From positions 90,024,001-90,088,000 of the forward strand of contig OX597821.1 of assembly GCA_951406725.2 (NCBI GenBank): 64,000 bases of DNA, written 5' to 3'. Under the pieces are notes generated by a model. It was not told the DNA's origin. It worked only from the letters and a program-made list of their open reading frames with translations, and made no database searches. Shown here in pieces: positions 1-11,190 of this stretch. The first letter of the stretch is position 1, and each line of letters starts with the position of its first letter. A program made the translations under genes and the position numbers. The DNA is from Octopus vulgaris (Eukaryota).

Positions 1-93
1 TATATATATATACAATTGCAGCGTGGAAGGTGTTTATAAGCCATTTAAGAAACACACAAAAGCCGTTCGATTCACTTCAACATTTAAGTTTAA

Positions 94-143
94 TTTGTCA
101 AAATATTTTCGTCGCTAAAATCCGCGACCTGTTCACTGACAAA
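94..143 (-). ncRNA. Minimal type I hammerhead ribozyme, G3-C8 core variant (family A)
   Basis: Minus strand reads TTTGTCA GTGAACA G GTCGC-GGATTTTA-GCGAC GAA AATATT T TGACAAA: 7-bp stem I, 5-bp stem II, palindromic helix III AATATT. Confidence 0.7.
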
Positions 144-165
144 AATCCGTGCTGCACAATTGATT

Positions 166-215
166 TTTGCCAGTGAACAGGTCGCGGATTTTAGCGACGA
201 AAATATTTTGACAAA
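166..215 (+). ncRNA. Minimal type I hammerhead ribozyme, G3-C8 core variant (family A)
   Basis: TTTGCCA GTGAACA G GTCGC-GGATTTTA-GCGAC GAA AATATT T TGACAAA; one stem I mismatch; predicted cut 208/209. Confidence 0.65.
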
Positions 216-350
216 TTAAACTTAAATGTTGAAGTGAATCGAACGGCTTTTGTGTGTTTCTTAAATGGCTTATAAACACCTTCCACGCTGCAATTGTTTT
301 CGTTTCAGCACACGATCTCAGATCAAATTACTTGTTATGCTCGTACATCT

Positions 351-402
<52 letters not shown>

Positions 403-407
<5 letters not shown>

Positions 408-492
408 GAAGTCGATTTTTTCGACTAAAGGTGGTGCTCTAGCATGGCCGCAATCAAATAACTGAAACAAGTAAAAGAATAAAAGAATAAGT
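403..492 (+). mobile_element. SINE family S1, 3' fragment
   Basis: gtcgattttttcgactaaaggtggtgctctagcatggccgca...gaaacaagtaaaagaat matches the 3' end of the full copies at 19687 and 59283. Confidence 0.8.
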
Positions 493-670
493 ATGTTGAA
501 TCAAGGAAGGAAAATAGAGCTCAAAGTAGAAGTAGCAATCATTCAAGTTGCAAGAGATTCGTGCATTGGCACTTATCAAAATGGTATATATATATATAAA
601 TTTGCATATATACGTATATATCCACATATATATTTATACATATACATAGACATACACTCATACGCATATT

Positions 671-701
<31 letters not shown>

Positions 702-1085
702 GTACATACATATATATACATAGCTGGACTCACAGGAAAAAAGAGGAAATTGTCCCGCCTCCTTAGTAAATATTGGGGCCCTTCCTCTTCTCAGCAAGTT
801 TGAATGTAGAGAGCCTCCTGTATCTACTTGATAAAAAATCTATCTAAAAAGATTTTTTTTAAAGATTTTCTGTTCACCTTAGCCACACCAATTACTCAGC
901 CTTAAGGTAACAACTACGCAACTGTCCAGAAACAGGCGTAAATCCTTCGGGAACAAAATACGCAGTTGATGTAGGAAGAGTAAGTACGGGAAACAAAAGT
1001 AACAGAAACGAATGTTTTCTGAAAACTATTCTGTACTTCTATACATTTATACATATAAATGCATAAAGATAGATAGATAGATATG

Positions 1086-1477
1086 TTTCTTTATTAGCCA
1101 CACAGAGCTGCACACAGACAGGACAAAATTACAAGGTAGAGCTTTTCTTTTGGGGGTAAAAGAAGGGGGTTTGGTTTTCGATCAAAAGGGATCGTAAATG
1201 GAAAGAAAGCGGACAAAAAAAAAGGAGTGATAAAATAAAATAAAAAAAAGGGGGAAGTGAGGAAAAAAAAGGGGAGGTGAGGGAAAAAAGGGAAAGGAAA
1301 AAATTGATCAATAGAGATCGTTATCACAGAAATGTCAATATGAAGTGTAAAGGGGAGGACAGGTGAAGTTTACCCGTGGAAAGAAAAGCCTACGGAAAAG
1401 ACCACGGTAACCTCGGTCAAGGAAGTCACATGTTATATTTCTTTTTTCTTTGCAAATAAGCAACTCTCTGTATTAAT
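1086..1477 (-). mobile_element. Probable 5'-truncated LINE 3' UTR inserted in a (TAGA)n tract
   Basis: Minus strand ends ttgtcctgtctgtgtgcagctctgtgtggctaataaagaaa, close to the S3 SINE tail ttgtcccctctgtgtttagccccttgtgggtaataaagaaa. No tRNA head. TAGA repeats on both flanks. Confidence 0.5.
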
Positions 1478-3189
1478 TTAGATAGATAGATTGATAGATA
1501 TATAGATAGGTTGGTAGGTAGGTAGATAGGTAGATAGGAAGGTAGGCAGATAGGTATGTATGAATGTATGTATGTAGGTAGGTATGCATGTATGTAGGTA
1601 GGTATGGAGAAGTTGTTTCACCTTACGACTCAACAATTTCATGTTGCATTTGATATTAAAACACACACACACGTGCACCTACTAACACAAACAGAAATGC
1701 ATTCACATATATTGCCCTCCTAAAGTTCATTATTCTGTTGAGCATGGAGGTGTTTTGGTATATTGATCATACTTAGGGGAAAAAAGGTGAAACTATTTCG
1801 CTTTCAGAATTTTAATTTTCAATTTACTGCTTTAATCCTAAAAGTATATTTTTTCGTGTAAAATTACTGCAAAGATAAAAACACTTTTCCTTTCTTTCAA
1901 CTTAGGAAAACTGACTTGTTCAAATTTATGTTTTTCATTAAACCTAATATTTTGCTATAATTTTTTATTCCTATATTGTTTTTGTCATCGTCAACTTATC
2001 AATTTGTTGTTACTTTTTCGGAACCACCGGAACGCGAAGCGCTTCTCACGAACATGTGTTTATGAGATGGTGTTGATCTATAAACAATATTGAAAAAGAA
2101 GAATGAACATGCAATGCGCATGTGCACACGGAATTCTTAAAACGGAAGAGGAAAATAAAAACGAAATGCGCATGTCAAAATAAAACGGGTGAAAAGAGTA
2201 AAAACGCAATGTTAAACAAGTTATATGAAGTCTGCATGCCACATCTGACACAGCTATCACGCGGCTTTGCTACAATGTTTTTGTTATTTTCGTGTTACCA
2301 TCGCCAAAAACATTTCCCTGATGATAGTGATTTACTGCCTGTCACTGTTCCCGCTACTATTCTTCAATTTTATTTTCAATGCTTGTAAGGCCACCAATTT
2401 TCTGCTATCTCTGTTGAACATTTATTGTTATTTTAGGGGAGGTCTACCACTATAAGTTCCTGGTCGTAAATAGCTGGACTTAAAAAAACAAATCGGAAAA
2501 ATTTCGAAACGTAAAAATAAACTCAAGGACTTCACTAACGACAGCACATCTTAATTGTAATTTAAAATAGTCTCTTCCTTTTTAAAATGGTTTCAACCGT
2601 TACATTTGTAGACACCATTTTTATGAACAACAAAGTAGAGTTGTAATTGTTACACATTTACTTGAAGTTTAAAGGGATCCTTGGAAAATACAATTTCGTT
2701 TACGAACCTATCTGGAGCGTTTATAGCGCATTTTTTCTAGGGCCCCATGAAAGAAAAAGCATAATTTTGAAGAAATGTAATTTAATGGAAACGAAATCCT
2801 TAATCAGTAATTCTCGAATTGCTATCCTCTTTTCTATTAACATTTTATTTACTTTAGCTGCAGGTCTTCTTATCTGCCCCAGACGTAAGAATAACAGAAG
2901 TATGTGTAAAGAATCTGGTTTTGCATGCCTGTAGCTAGATTAAACGAAGTGAGTTTAGTAGCCTGTTTTCAGTTTTTGCTTTGTTTTGAGGCTATTTTCT
3001 CTTAGCTTTATTCAGATTATATTTTCACAGAGAATATCCTGTATATCACGAAATATTCAGCTATCTCCAAAAAAAAATTTCCAAAGAAAAAGGCGAAGTA
3101 TGCTACTGTGTTGGCAAAAATACAACACTGCATATAGCCACATGTACGTGGGTGTGCATGCGCGCATAAATATGTATGTACATACGCGC

Positions 3190-3523
3190 TTACGCGAATT
3201 CTATGAGCGTTTTTACTGTTTTACCTTCTCCCCTTTGGGTTTCTTCCCTTTATTTAACGGTCATTCATATAGCTCTTTTCTTTGTCTTAATAACGGTCAT
3301 CTACATAGTAATTTCCCTTTGTTTAACGGTCACCTTCATAGCATTTTTTTTTATTGTCTTAATAACTGACGAGATTCCGGAGCAGATTTCCGCCCCGACA
3401 TCCGAAACTCGGAGTATTATTACGGCAACCGAATAATCATCACATATTGTATTACAGATAAATTCCTCTATTTACATAATATCGTGATCTCATTCATTCT
3501 GTTTTTGTCATACAATTACTATG
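3190..3523 (+). mobile_element. Penelope-like pseudo-LTR fragment, family B
   Basis: Internal tandem duplication (ttccctttRtttaacggtca...ttgtcttaataac x2), HHR at 3361, 3' part homologous to the reverse complement of 38801-38964, ends in (TA)n. Confidence 0.65.
3361..3421 (+). ncRNA. Type I hammerhead ribozyme, canonical core (family B)
   Basis: AATAA CTGACGA gat...atcc GAAA CTC-G-GAG T A TTATT: stem I AATAA/TTATT, near-palindromic helix III, GUA cleavage triplet; stem II imperfect. Confidence 0.7.
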
Positions 3524-3544
3524 AATATATATATATATATATAT

Positions 3545-3640
3545 AACAATTGCAGCGTGGAAGGTGTTTGTAAGCCATTTAAGAAACACACAAAAGCCGT
3601 TCCATTCACTTCAACATTTAAGTTAGGCATGTATGCAGGC

Positions 3641-3699
<59 letters not shown>

Positions 3700-3893
3700 C
3701 ATATATATGTCAGTGAACAGGTCGCGGATTTTAGCGACGAAAATATTTTGACAAATTAAACTTAAATGTTGAAGTGAATCGAACGGCTTTTGTGTGTTTA
3801 TTAAATGGCTTACAAACACCTTCCACGCTGCAATTGTTTTCGTTTCAGCACACCATCTCAGATCAAATTACTTGCTATGCGAGTACATCTCCG

Positions 3894-3895
<2 letters not shown>
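3545..3895. mobile_element. Family A copy; centre of the palindrome replaced by (TA)n
   Basis: 3545-3624 matches the start of arm 1 and 3708-3895 matches arm 2 plus tail of 12-353. Confidence 0.75.
3708..3753 (+). ncRNA. Hammerhead ribozyme, G3-C8 variant (family A)
   Basis: TGTCA GTGAACA G GTCGC-GGATTTTA-GCGAC GAA AATATT T TGACA. Confidence 0.65.
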
Positions 3896-3986
<91 letters not shown>

Positions 3987-4837
3987 TATATATATAAATG
4001 TATATATAAATATATATATATGTATATATGTATATATATAAATATATATATACACACATGTACACAGAGACATATATGTATATATATATATATATACATA
4101 CACACAACCACACATATATACATACATATATCACAGTATGTGTACATTATTTCGTAATGTTTCAGCTAATGAAAGCGATATTTAACAAATGGATATATGG
4201 GATTGTGAAATAATTTTATTATATCTGCTTATCACGAAGGAAATCGAAGGCATAATCGAAATGAAACAATGTTAGGAATGATTTCTAAAGTTATGCGATA
4301 ATAAAAAGAAAATAGAATTTTTATAAAGGTGTAATTTCCATGGGTCTCACTAGTTTCTTATGAATTTGATTCCATTAATTCTTCACAGCATGAATGGAAG
4401 ACAGCTTTTAATATCGCTTCACTGTCTAGACGGACAAAAGTGAGTCTTCTGAAAAGAGTGAAATAACAGGAAATGTACTGGATGATGTCTTAAAGCATAG
4501 TTAATCTGCTAGAATCTCACCTGCTGTAAATTAGCAGCTGCTGAAATATGTGATTGATGATACTCCTCAAAATTCTTTCAGTTGAATGTCATTGGAGATG
4601 GGTATAGAAGATTTAAAATCTTTAAAAACGAAAACTTCTGTTCTGACCATGATGAAATCCCCGAGGGAAAAGTAAAATGATAGATTTGCTGACTTCTGCG
4701 AAATGATGATTGAATTGAGTACTATTTTTGAAGAAAATATGTTTGGCCTTATCATACAGTCAGCTGATGAAGCCTCAAATCCAATGTATTTATAAACACT
4801 TATTCATGTTTAATATATATCCGAAATTGTATTATCA

Positions 4838-6051
4838 TTAGGTTGTCAAGAAAATTCTTGCGGAATTTTCAACTTTGGTTTTAAATTATGTATTTTCAAA
4901 TTAATTTTCGTTTAATTACTTTGACTTTATATATCATTTCAAAGCCCGCTTTTCACCCTACCTAACCGTGTTAGTCTTTTTTTTTTTTTTGAATAATTAG
5001 GCCACTTTTTCCGGAACGTTGAATACAACATGAACAAAGACAAATTCGCACAATTTTCTTATTCCAGTTCAAGCTCGGCCGAAAAACTGCTGAAACAGCA
5101 CGCGATATCAACGATGCATTTGGCTCAGGAACCACTAAGAAACGTACAGCACAATGGTGGTTCAAGAAATTTCGTAGCGGGGAGAGAGTCTTGAAGATGA
5201 TTAGCGGATGTTAACAACGATCAACTAAAAGCCTTAGTCGAAGCCAATCCAGGCACAACCGTTCGAGAGCTTGCTTTTGAATTAGACGTAACGTATACGA
5301 CAGTTTCCAACCACTTGAAAGAGATTGGAAAAACAAAAAATACTTGGGGAATGGGGGCCGAACAAATTGAACGACAACCAAAAAACAAAACAAAAGAAAC
5401 GCCGTTTTGTAGTGTCGTCTTCCCGTCTTTTACGCAACAAGAACGACCCGTTTCTCGACCGGATTCTGACTTGCAATGAAAAATTGGTTCGTTTACGACA
5501 ACCGGCGACGCTCAGCTCAGTGGTTGGACGCCGACGAAGCTCCACGGCACATCCCGAAGCCAAAGTTGCACCAAAAGAAGGTCATGGTGACTGTTTAGTG
5601 GTCTGCGGCCGGTCTCATCCCTCACAGATTTTTGGATCCAGGCGAAACCATTACGGCGGAGAAGTTCTGTCAGCAAATGGATGAAATGCGTAAGAAACTC
5701 TGACAACAACAGCCAGCATTGGTCAATAGAAAAGGACCTTTTCTTCTCCACGACAACGCTCGGTCGCACGTCGCACAGCTGACCCTGCAGAAGTTGAACG
5801 AATTGGGCTCCGAAACTCTGCCTCATCCGCCATACTCAGCAGACCTCTCGCCTTCTGACTACCACTTTTTCAAGCATCTCGACAACTTCCTGTGTGAGAA
5901 ATCCTACCAGCATAAATGACCTTGCTTCGCGTTGGCAAAAGTGTGTCGAATCTCATGGTGTTTATTTCGATTAATAAAGTTTTGTTTGAGCCGAGATATG
6001 TGCATCTGAATTTAAAGGTTAAAAACTGCAAGATCTTTCTTGACAACCTAA
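4838..6051 (+). mobile_element. Mariner transposon, near full length (Hsmar1/cecropia-like)
   Basis: TIRs TTAGGTTGTCAAGAAA.TCTTGC at both ends; TA at 6052-6053; ~1.2 kb. Confidence 0.92.
5030..5974 (+). pseudogene. Mariner DD34D transposase pseudogene
   Basis: Frameshifted segments QIRTIFLFQFKLGRKTAETARDINDAFG, FLDRILTCNEK, LLHDNARSH, HPPYSADLSPSDYHFFKHLDNFL. Confidence 0.92.
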
Positions 6052-7660
6052 TACAACTAATATTTCGTCGGTAGAAATTTATAATGGTGTCCTCGTTAAA
6101 CCCTTCTTCTTTTAGTGATACAATTAATGGAAAATATTACTAAAACATATTTAACCCTAACACTGGCCAAACTCTTGAAGGAATGAAACGCATGAAATTT
6201 ATTACTTTGAGCAAGATAGGGTTTCCTCATATTCTTCAGCTGATGTCAGTAATTGAATTGGTCAAAGTGTAATTACGAAATGCGTTGGTGCAGCAGGGAT
6301 TACGAAGACAAGCAAGAAAATTGAATCTTGAAGTGGTATATTCTACTCCATATTATGGTTATCCCTCCATATTTGCTTACATCACACACACTTTCAGCAT
6401 GTATAACTCTATGTGATAGCATTTAGAATAGTTTGTTCTTACGCATGCTGAACCTTTTAAGTGTCTGATTTGTTAGGTGGGTTCTTAACGTTTAGCGAGA
6501 GACACTGAGTACAAAAATAAAAAAACACACACACACACACACACAAAAAAAGCATTTTACATTGCTCAAAACTATTTTAGACATATACTTATTCTGACGT
6601 TTTCCACGTTATTATATTGTAAGGCACATAATAGACTTCAGCCAACTTATGAAAATATGTCAATATTGAATCCTAGCTTGCTGGAGACACTTTGTAACTA
6701 TAAAGAAGCGTTAAAATCCCCTTAAATCACCATTGATCTGCTGTAGAAGAAAATGCCGTCATTTTGCACAGTAATTGTTATATTCTCTGCCACGACTGGA
6801 TTAGAATTAGATTACTGACCTCACATTATTCAAGGACATTTCGGGTTCCCAAATTAACTGTAACGATTTAAATTTCTGCTCGTTGAAATCGTTACTGAAC
6901 ATTATTATAATCATTCAAAATTTTCTTGTTATTTCACGCTATTGCATTGTAATTCTTTCTTTGTCTTATGATATAAAAAAATATCTACGATGTTTTTACA
7001 AGTGAGACAAGTGCTTTTCCCCCATGAAAAGAAAAAAAAAAAAATAGGTTGATATTTAGTTTTACGGCGATTAATATTCACTGAAGCTTTATGTTTTTTC
7101 TTTACTCTTCATTGTTGCACACAGAACAATGTTGTTACATGAAAAATACCTAAGCATTCATAATCTCAATTATTCTAATATTCTTATTACCAATTATTTA
7201 TTGCGGTATGACTAATGTAGTTTTTCTATATAGATCCAGATAGCAACTAATTCGTGTATAATTAAATTAGTAATTATGGAAGACGTTTTCTTGTTTGTCT
7301 TTTACAATTATATTTTGATTTTCCTTGTGGCATACAATTAAGTTAATTTCTTCAAACAATTTAATCTTTGTTTTGATAAAAAAACAAAACAAAACAAAAC
7401 TGTTGATTGAAATACTCCTTTCAGCAGCTTCACTATAACAATTTAAGATATTATTAAATTACTATTTTCTTAAGTCTATATTAAGAACGTATTTTAAAAG
7501 CAATCCTGCAACAATATGAATGAGCTATATGATGAAAGCAACCTACGAATTTAAGAATTTCGAATCGATCATTGCCCTAAATACTATCGAGTTCTATCAG
7601 GTACATGGGAAATGTTTATTGGATACTTGAAAAATTAAAAATAATTTATATATATACATA

Positions 7661-8045
7661 GGCGCAGGCGAGGCTGTGTGGTAAGAAGCTTGCTTCCCAA
7701 CCATAGGATTCTGGGTTTCGTCCCATTGCGTGGCAGCTTGGGCAAGTATCTTCTACTGTAGTCTTGGCTCGATCAAAGCCTTCTGAGTGGATTTGGTGGA
7801 CGGAAACAGAAAGAAGCCCGTAGTATATATATGTGTGTGTATCTAAGTGTGTGTCTTTGTGTCCGTGTTTGTCCCCATATCACCACTTGATAACCGGTGT
7901 TGGTGCTTACGTACCCATAACCGAGCGGTTCAACAAAAAGAGACTGATAGACTGAGTTCTAGGCTTTAAAAATAAGTCCTGGAGTCGATTTGTTCGACTA
8001 AAACAATGGCTGTCACTGAATAACTTGAAAACAAAGAAAGAATAA
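7661..8045 (+). mobile_element. tRNA-derived SINE family S1 (diverged)
   Basis: Head ggcgcagg..ggctgtgtggtaag, CORE-like cttgggcaagt, internal (TG)n; matches the 19687 copy. Confidence 0.85.
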
Positions 8046-8114
8046 ATATAAATTCACATATTCTCACACAGAAACATTTATTCCCATACACAAGCACATA
8101 CAGTCACGCCAACC

Positions 8115-8162
<48 letters not shown>

Positions 8163-8167
<5 letters not shown>

Positions 8168-8350
8168 AGATGCAGCATTAAGTTTTATCAGTGAACAGGT
8201 TGCGGTCTAAAAGCGACGAAAATATTTTGACAAATTAAATCTAACGGATTTTGTGTGTTTCTTAAATACCCTATAAACACCTTCCACACTGTAATTGTTT
8301 TCGTTCCAGCACACGATCTCAGATCAAGTCACTCGCTATGCAAGTACATC
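8163..8350 (+). mobile_element. Family A pseudo-LTR, diverged single-arm copy
   Basis: Collinear with 162-353; lies between (TA)n and (TC)n. Confidence 0.7.
8184..8234 (+). ncRNA. Hammerhead ribozyme, G3-C8 variant (family A, diverged)
   Basis: TTTATCA GTGAACA G GTTGC-GGTCTAAAA-GCGAC GAA AATATT T TGACAAA: loop II changed, stem II kept by a G-U wobble, core unchanged. Confidence 0.6.
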
Positions 8351-8497
8351 TCTCTCTCTCTCATTCTCTCTCTCTCTCTCTCTCTCTCTGTATATATATT
8401 TTTTTTTTCGGGAGAATTCACAAAAAACAAAAGACGAAGACAGGTGGTGTAGACAACAAACAGATGTATTAGTTTAACGCTCGGGAAGTCAAAAATT

Positions 8498-8533
8498 CTT
8501 TAATGTTTCGAGCCTACACTCTTCCACAGAAAG
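8498..8533 (-). ncRNA. Minimal hammerhead ribozyme, U6 core variant (family C)
   Basis: CTTT CTGTGGA A GAGT-GTAG-GCTC GAAA CA T T AAAG. Confidence 0.55.
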
Positions 8534-9149
8534 GAACACAGAAAAAAAAACGAGAGAAAATAATGAATATGTAGTGGCTAGCGATCTATCATGGCGATGC
8601 CGGACAGAAGGGTTACACAGGAGAGCTTGGAAGAAGGGGAGATAATAAAGTAGCGGTGATCCCAAAACGAAGGCGCGCGTGCGTGAGTACTAGAGAGTAT
8701 GTATGTGCGTGTGGAAGAGGGCTGGTGACCTTGACGTGTGCGTGTGTGTATGTGTAGGTGCGAAGATGTGGGGCTGAGAAGTGGTCAGTGCTTGTGTGTG
8801 CGTGGTGGTGTGATGTGATGTGTTATGTGGTATGGTGGTATATGGTGTAGTAGTGTGTGGTGTGCTGTGATGGTGTTGAGAGGTGGGGCAGACGAGAGTG
8901 GGGAAAGCAAAAGAGTGTGGGTTAGGCTGAGGGTGGGGTATGTGGGTAGAGAGAGGGGGTGTAAGGGGTGGGAAGGATAGGCAAGGTGGGGTTGGAATGT
9001 ACAGGGGTGGATGGGATTACGAGGGAGGGGTGACGATGGAGGGGGAATGAGAAGGCGGGTAGGAGTGAAGAGAAGAGTAGGAGTTAAGAGAAGTAGGAGT
9101 CGGAGCAAGGGAGGATAAGTGGGTGGGAGGAGTAGGTGAGAGGAGGAGG

Positions 9150-9284
9150 TTAGATGAAGAGGAGAGGAGAGTTGAGCCCATGTGTGGCAAAGGATCGAAG
9201 AGAGAAGATTAATCCCTGTTCACGGTGCAAACGGGAGTCCGGATGGCCCCTGTGGAAGGACAATGCGAACACAGACAGGTCTTG
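9150..9284 (-). pseudogene. C-terminal fragment of a Penelope-type GIY-YIG endonuclease
   Basis: Manual translation QDLSVFALSFHRGHPDSRLHREQGLIFSLRSFATHGLNSPLLFI*; RE..LI..L......GLN is the typical end of the PLE GIY-YIG domain. Shorter than any ORF in the supplied track. Confidence 0.75.
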
Positions 9285-9962
9285 CATGTATGTATGTATG
9301 TATGCATGTATGCATATATGTGTATATACATAGACCCGTGAATTGAGCTCACGTTATTATCAGTATATCACAACGGTTAGCTGTCATACTATTATCTTAA
9401 ATAATAATAACTTTTTGTTTCAGAGAATAACATTCTTGTAATTGTATCCAAAATACTTCCGGTTTTATATACATACATTTATTGAACTCTTTAGACTAAT
9501 GACATATATCATAAACCATGAAAATTGAAGATATACAAAAATATATTAATAGCAGCCATCTGCTTTTTGTCGTTGACTTCTTTAAGAGAATTCCGATTAA
9601 ATATTTAATTATGTCCAGATAAACAGACCTTAAAACAATTTTTTCTCATTTTGGAAGCTCTAGGATTTGTAGTTAGGCTGATCAGGTCATGATCGAGTCG
9701 ATGTCGAGTTGTGTCCTTGAGCAAAACACTGCATTTTCATTTGCTTCATTCTACCCATCCGAAAATGCGTATCAGTGATAGCTGCCCTACAGACTCTGCT
9801 GAGTACTAACATTGTGTTCGAAGGCAGAGTTGTTTTTTACTCGCAGTTGCTTAGAAACCAGGACACAACTCCAGCCTAAGGAAACTGTTGTATGGAAACT
9901 TATTTAAGTAGTTTACACTGGATCAAGCAATGCTTTAAGTGCTGAAGAAAATATTACCGAGT

Positions 9963-10349
9963 GGAGGAAGCACTCCGTCGGTTACGACGACGAGGGTTCC
10001 GGTTAATCCGATCAACGGAACAGCCTGCTCGTGAAATTAACGTGTAAGTGGCTGAGCACTCCACAGACACGTGCACCCTTAACGTAGTTCTCGGGGATAT
10101 TCAGCGTGACACAAGAGAGTGACAAGGCCGGCCCTTTGAAATACAGGTACAAAAGAAACAGGAAGTAAGAGTGAGAGAAAGTTGTGGTGAAAAAGTACAG
10201 CAGGGGTCACCACCATCCCCTGCCGGAGCCTCGTGGAGCTTTACGTGTTTTCGCTCAATAAACACTCACAACGCCCGGTCTGGGAATCGAAACCGCGATC
10301 CTACGAACGCGAGTCCGCTGCCCTAACCACTGGGCCATTGCGTTTCCAC
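9963..10349 (-). mobile_element. tRNA-derived SINE family S2, tail type 1
   Basis: A/B-box head; near-identical to the 11599 copy; TSD attaccRagt. Confidence 0.92.
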
Positions 10350-10764
10350 ATTACCAAGTAATATGAAGACGATATGACAAAGCCCGTGAAAGGTTTTTCT
10401 GTATATTCATCGAATCTAATCACCGTGCTAGCTAAATATTTATCGGCTTAATCTCGCTTTATTTGAACTAGGTATACAACTAGTTCGCTGTAAGGAAGGA
10501 GAGGATTTTAGTAGCAATAGAACAGGCACAGTCCAAAGATAGTGCGTCTGTAGGTAGACGATGAAGTGTATGACTAAGTAACTTAAATATGCCTGTTAGG
10601 TGTTTTGTATATGATCTGGGATATTTGTATCTGTAGTACTGTCCTAAATGCAGTATTCTATTTTTGGCCATCTCTATGCAAAGTAGAAAACTTGGAGCTA
10701 AAACCTTTCGTGACCTTTGAAGAGAAAGACTGAGTATTGTGATGTAGCTTCAGAAATATTGATT

Positions 10765-10975
10765 TCAAATTTTGGCACGAGGCCAATAATTTCGGGGGGG
10801 GGGGGGTAAGTCGATTACATCGTCCTCCACCACCACCAGCGTTCAGCGGGTATTTATTTCATCGGCCCCGAAAGAATGCAAGCAAAGTCGATCTCTGTGG
10901 AATTGGAACTTAGAATGTGAAGACGGACGAAATGCCGCTAAACATTTTGCCCGGTGAACTAACGATTCCACTAGT
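10765..10975 (-). mobile_element. SINE family S3, diverged, alternative tail
   Basis: ccccgaaagaatgcaagcaaagtcga...gacggacgaaatgccgctaaacattttgcccgg. Confidence 0.8.
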
Positions 10976-11004
10976 TAACTGCATTCGATCTTACATATAT
11001 TCGT

Positions 11005-11190
11005 TTCAAATCTTGACACAAGGCCAGAACGTTCAGGGAGAGTAGCTAAGTTGAGTGTATCGATCCTGGTACTTAACTGGTACTTGGTTTATTGACCTCG
11101 ACCTTGGTGGAATTTGAACACGAAAGGGCAGACGAAATGCTGCTAAGCACTTTATCTGGTGTGCTAACAACTCTGCCATCTCGCCACCTT
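11005..11190 (-). mobile_element. SINE family S3, diverged
   Basis: ggaatttgaac..gcagacgaaatgctgctaagcac...ctcgccacctt. Confidence 0.75.

Larger units (their letters stand above)
12..353. mobile_element. Penelope-like element pseudo-LTR fragment, family A, with 136-bp inverted arms (12-147 / 162-297)
   Basis: Arms are reverse complements with one mismatch seen (139/170) and a 14-nt loop. Flanked by (TA)n on both sides. Further copies at 3545-3895 and 8163-8350. Carries an HHR fold in each arm. Confidence 0.75.
8409..9284 (-). mobile_element. 5'-truncated Penelope-like retroelement, family C (GIY-YIG C-terminus, pyrimidine-rich UTR, pseudo-LTR with HHR)
   Basis: Order on the minus strand: endonuclease tail, CT/CA-rich spacer, HHR, terminus shared with 39061-39230. 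Confidence 0.8.

Noticed and set aside
4560-4790. NDRFADF resembling the hAT/GTF2IRD2 F..RF.DF motif
   Set aside because: A single short motif amid stops; insufficient for a call.
8785-9108. 107-aa Pro/His/Leu-rich ORF
   Set aside because: Low-complexity 3' UTR of the family C element, downstream of the GIY-YIG stop.
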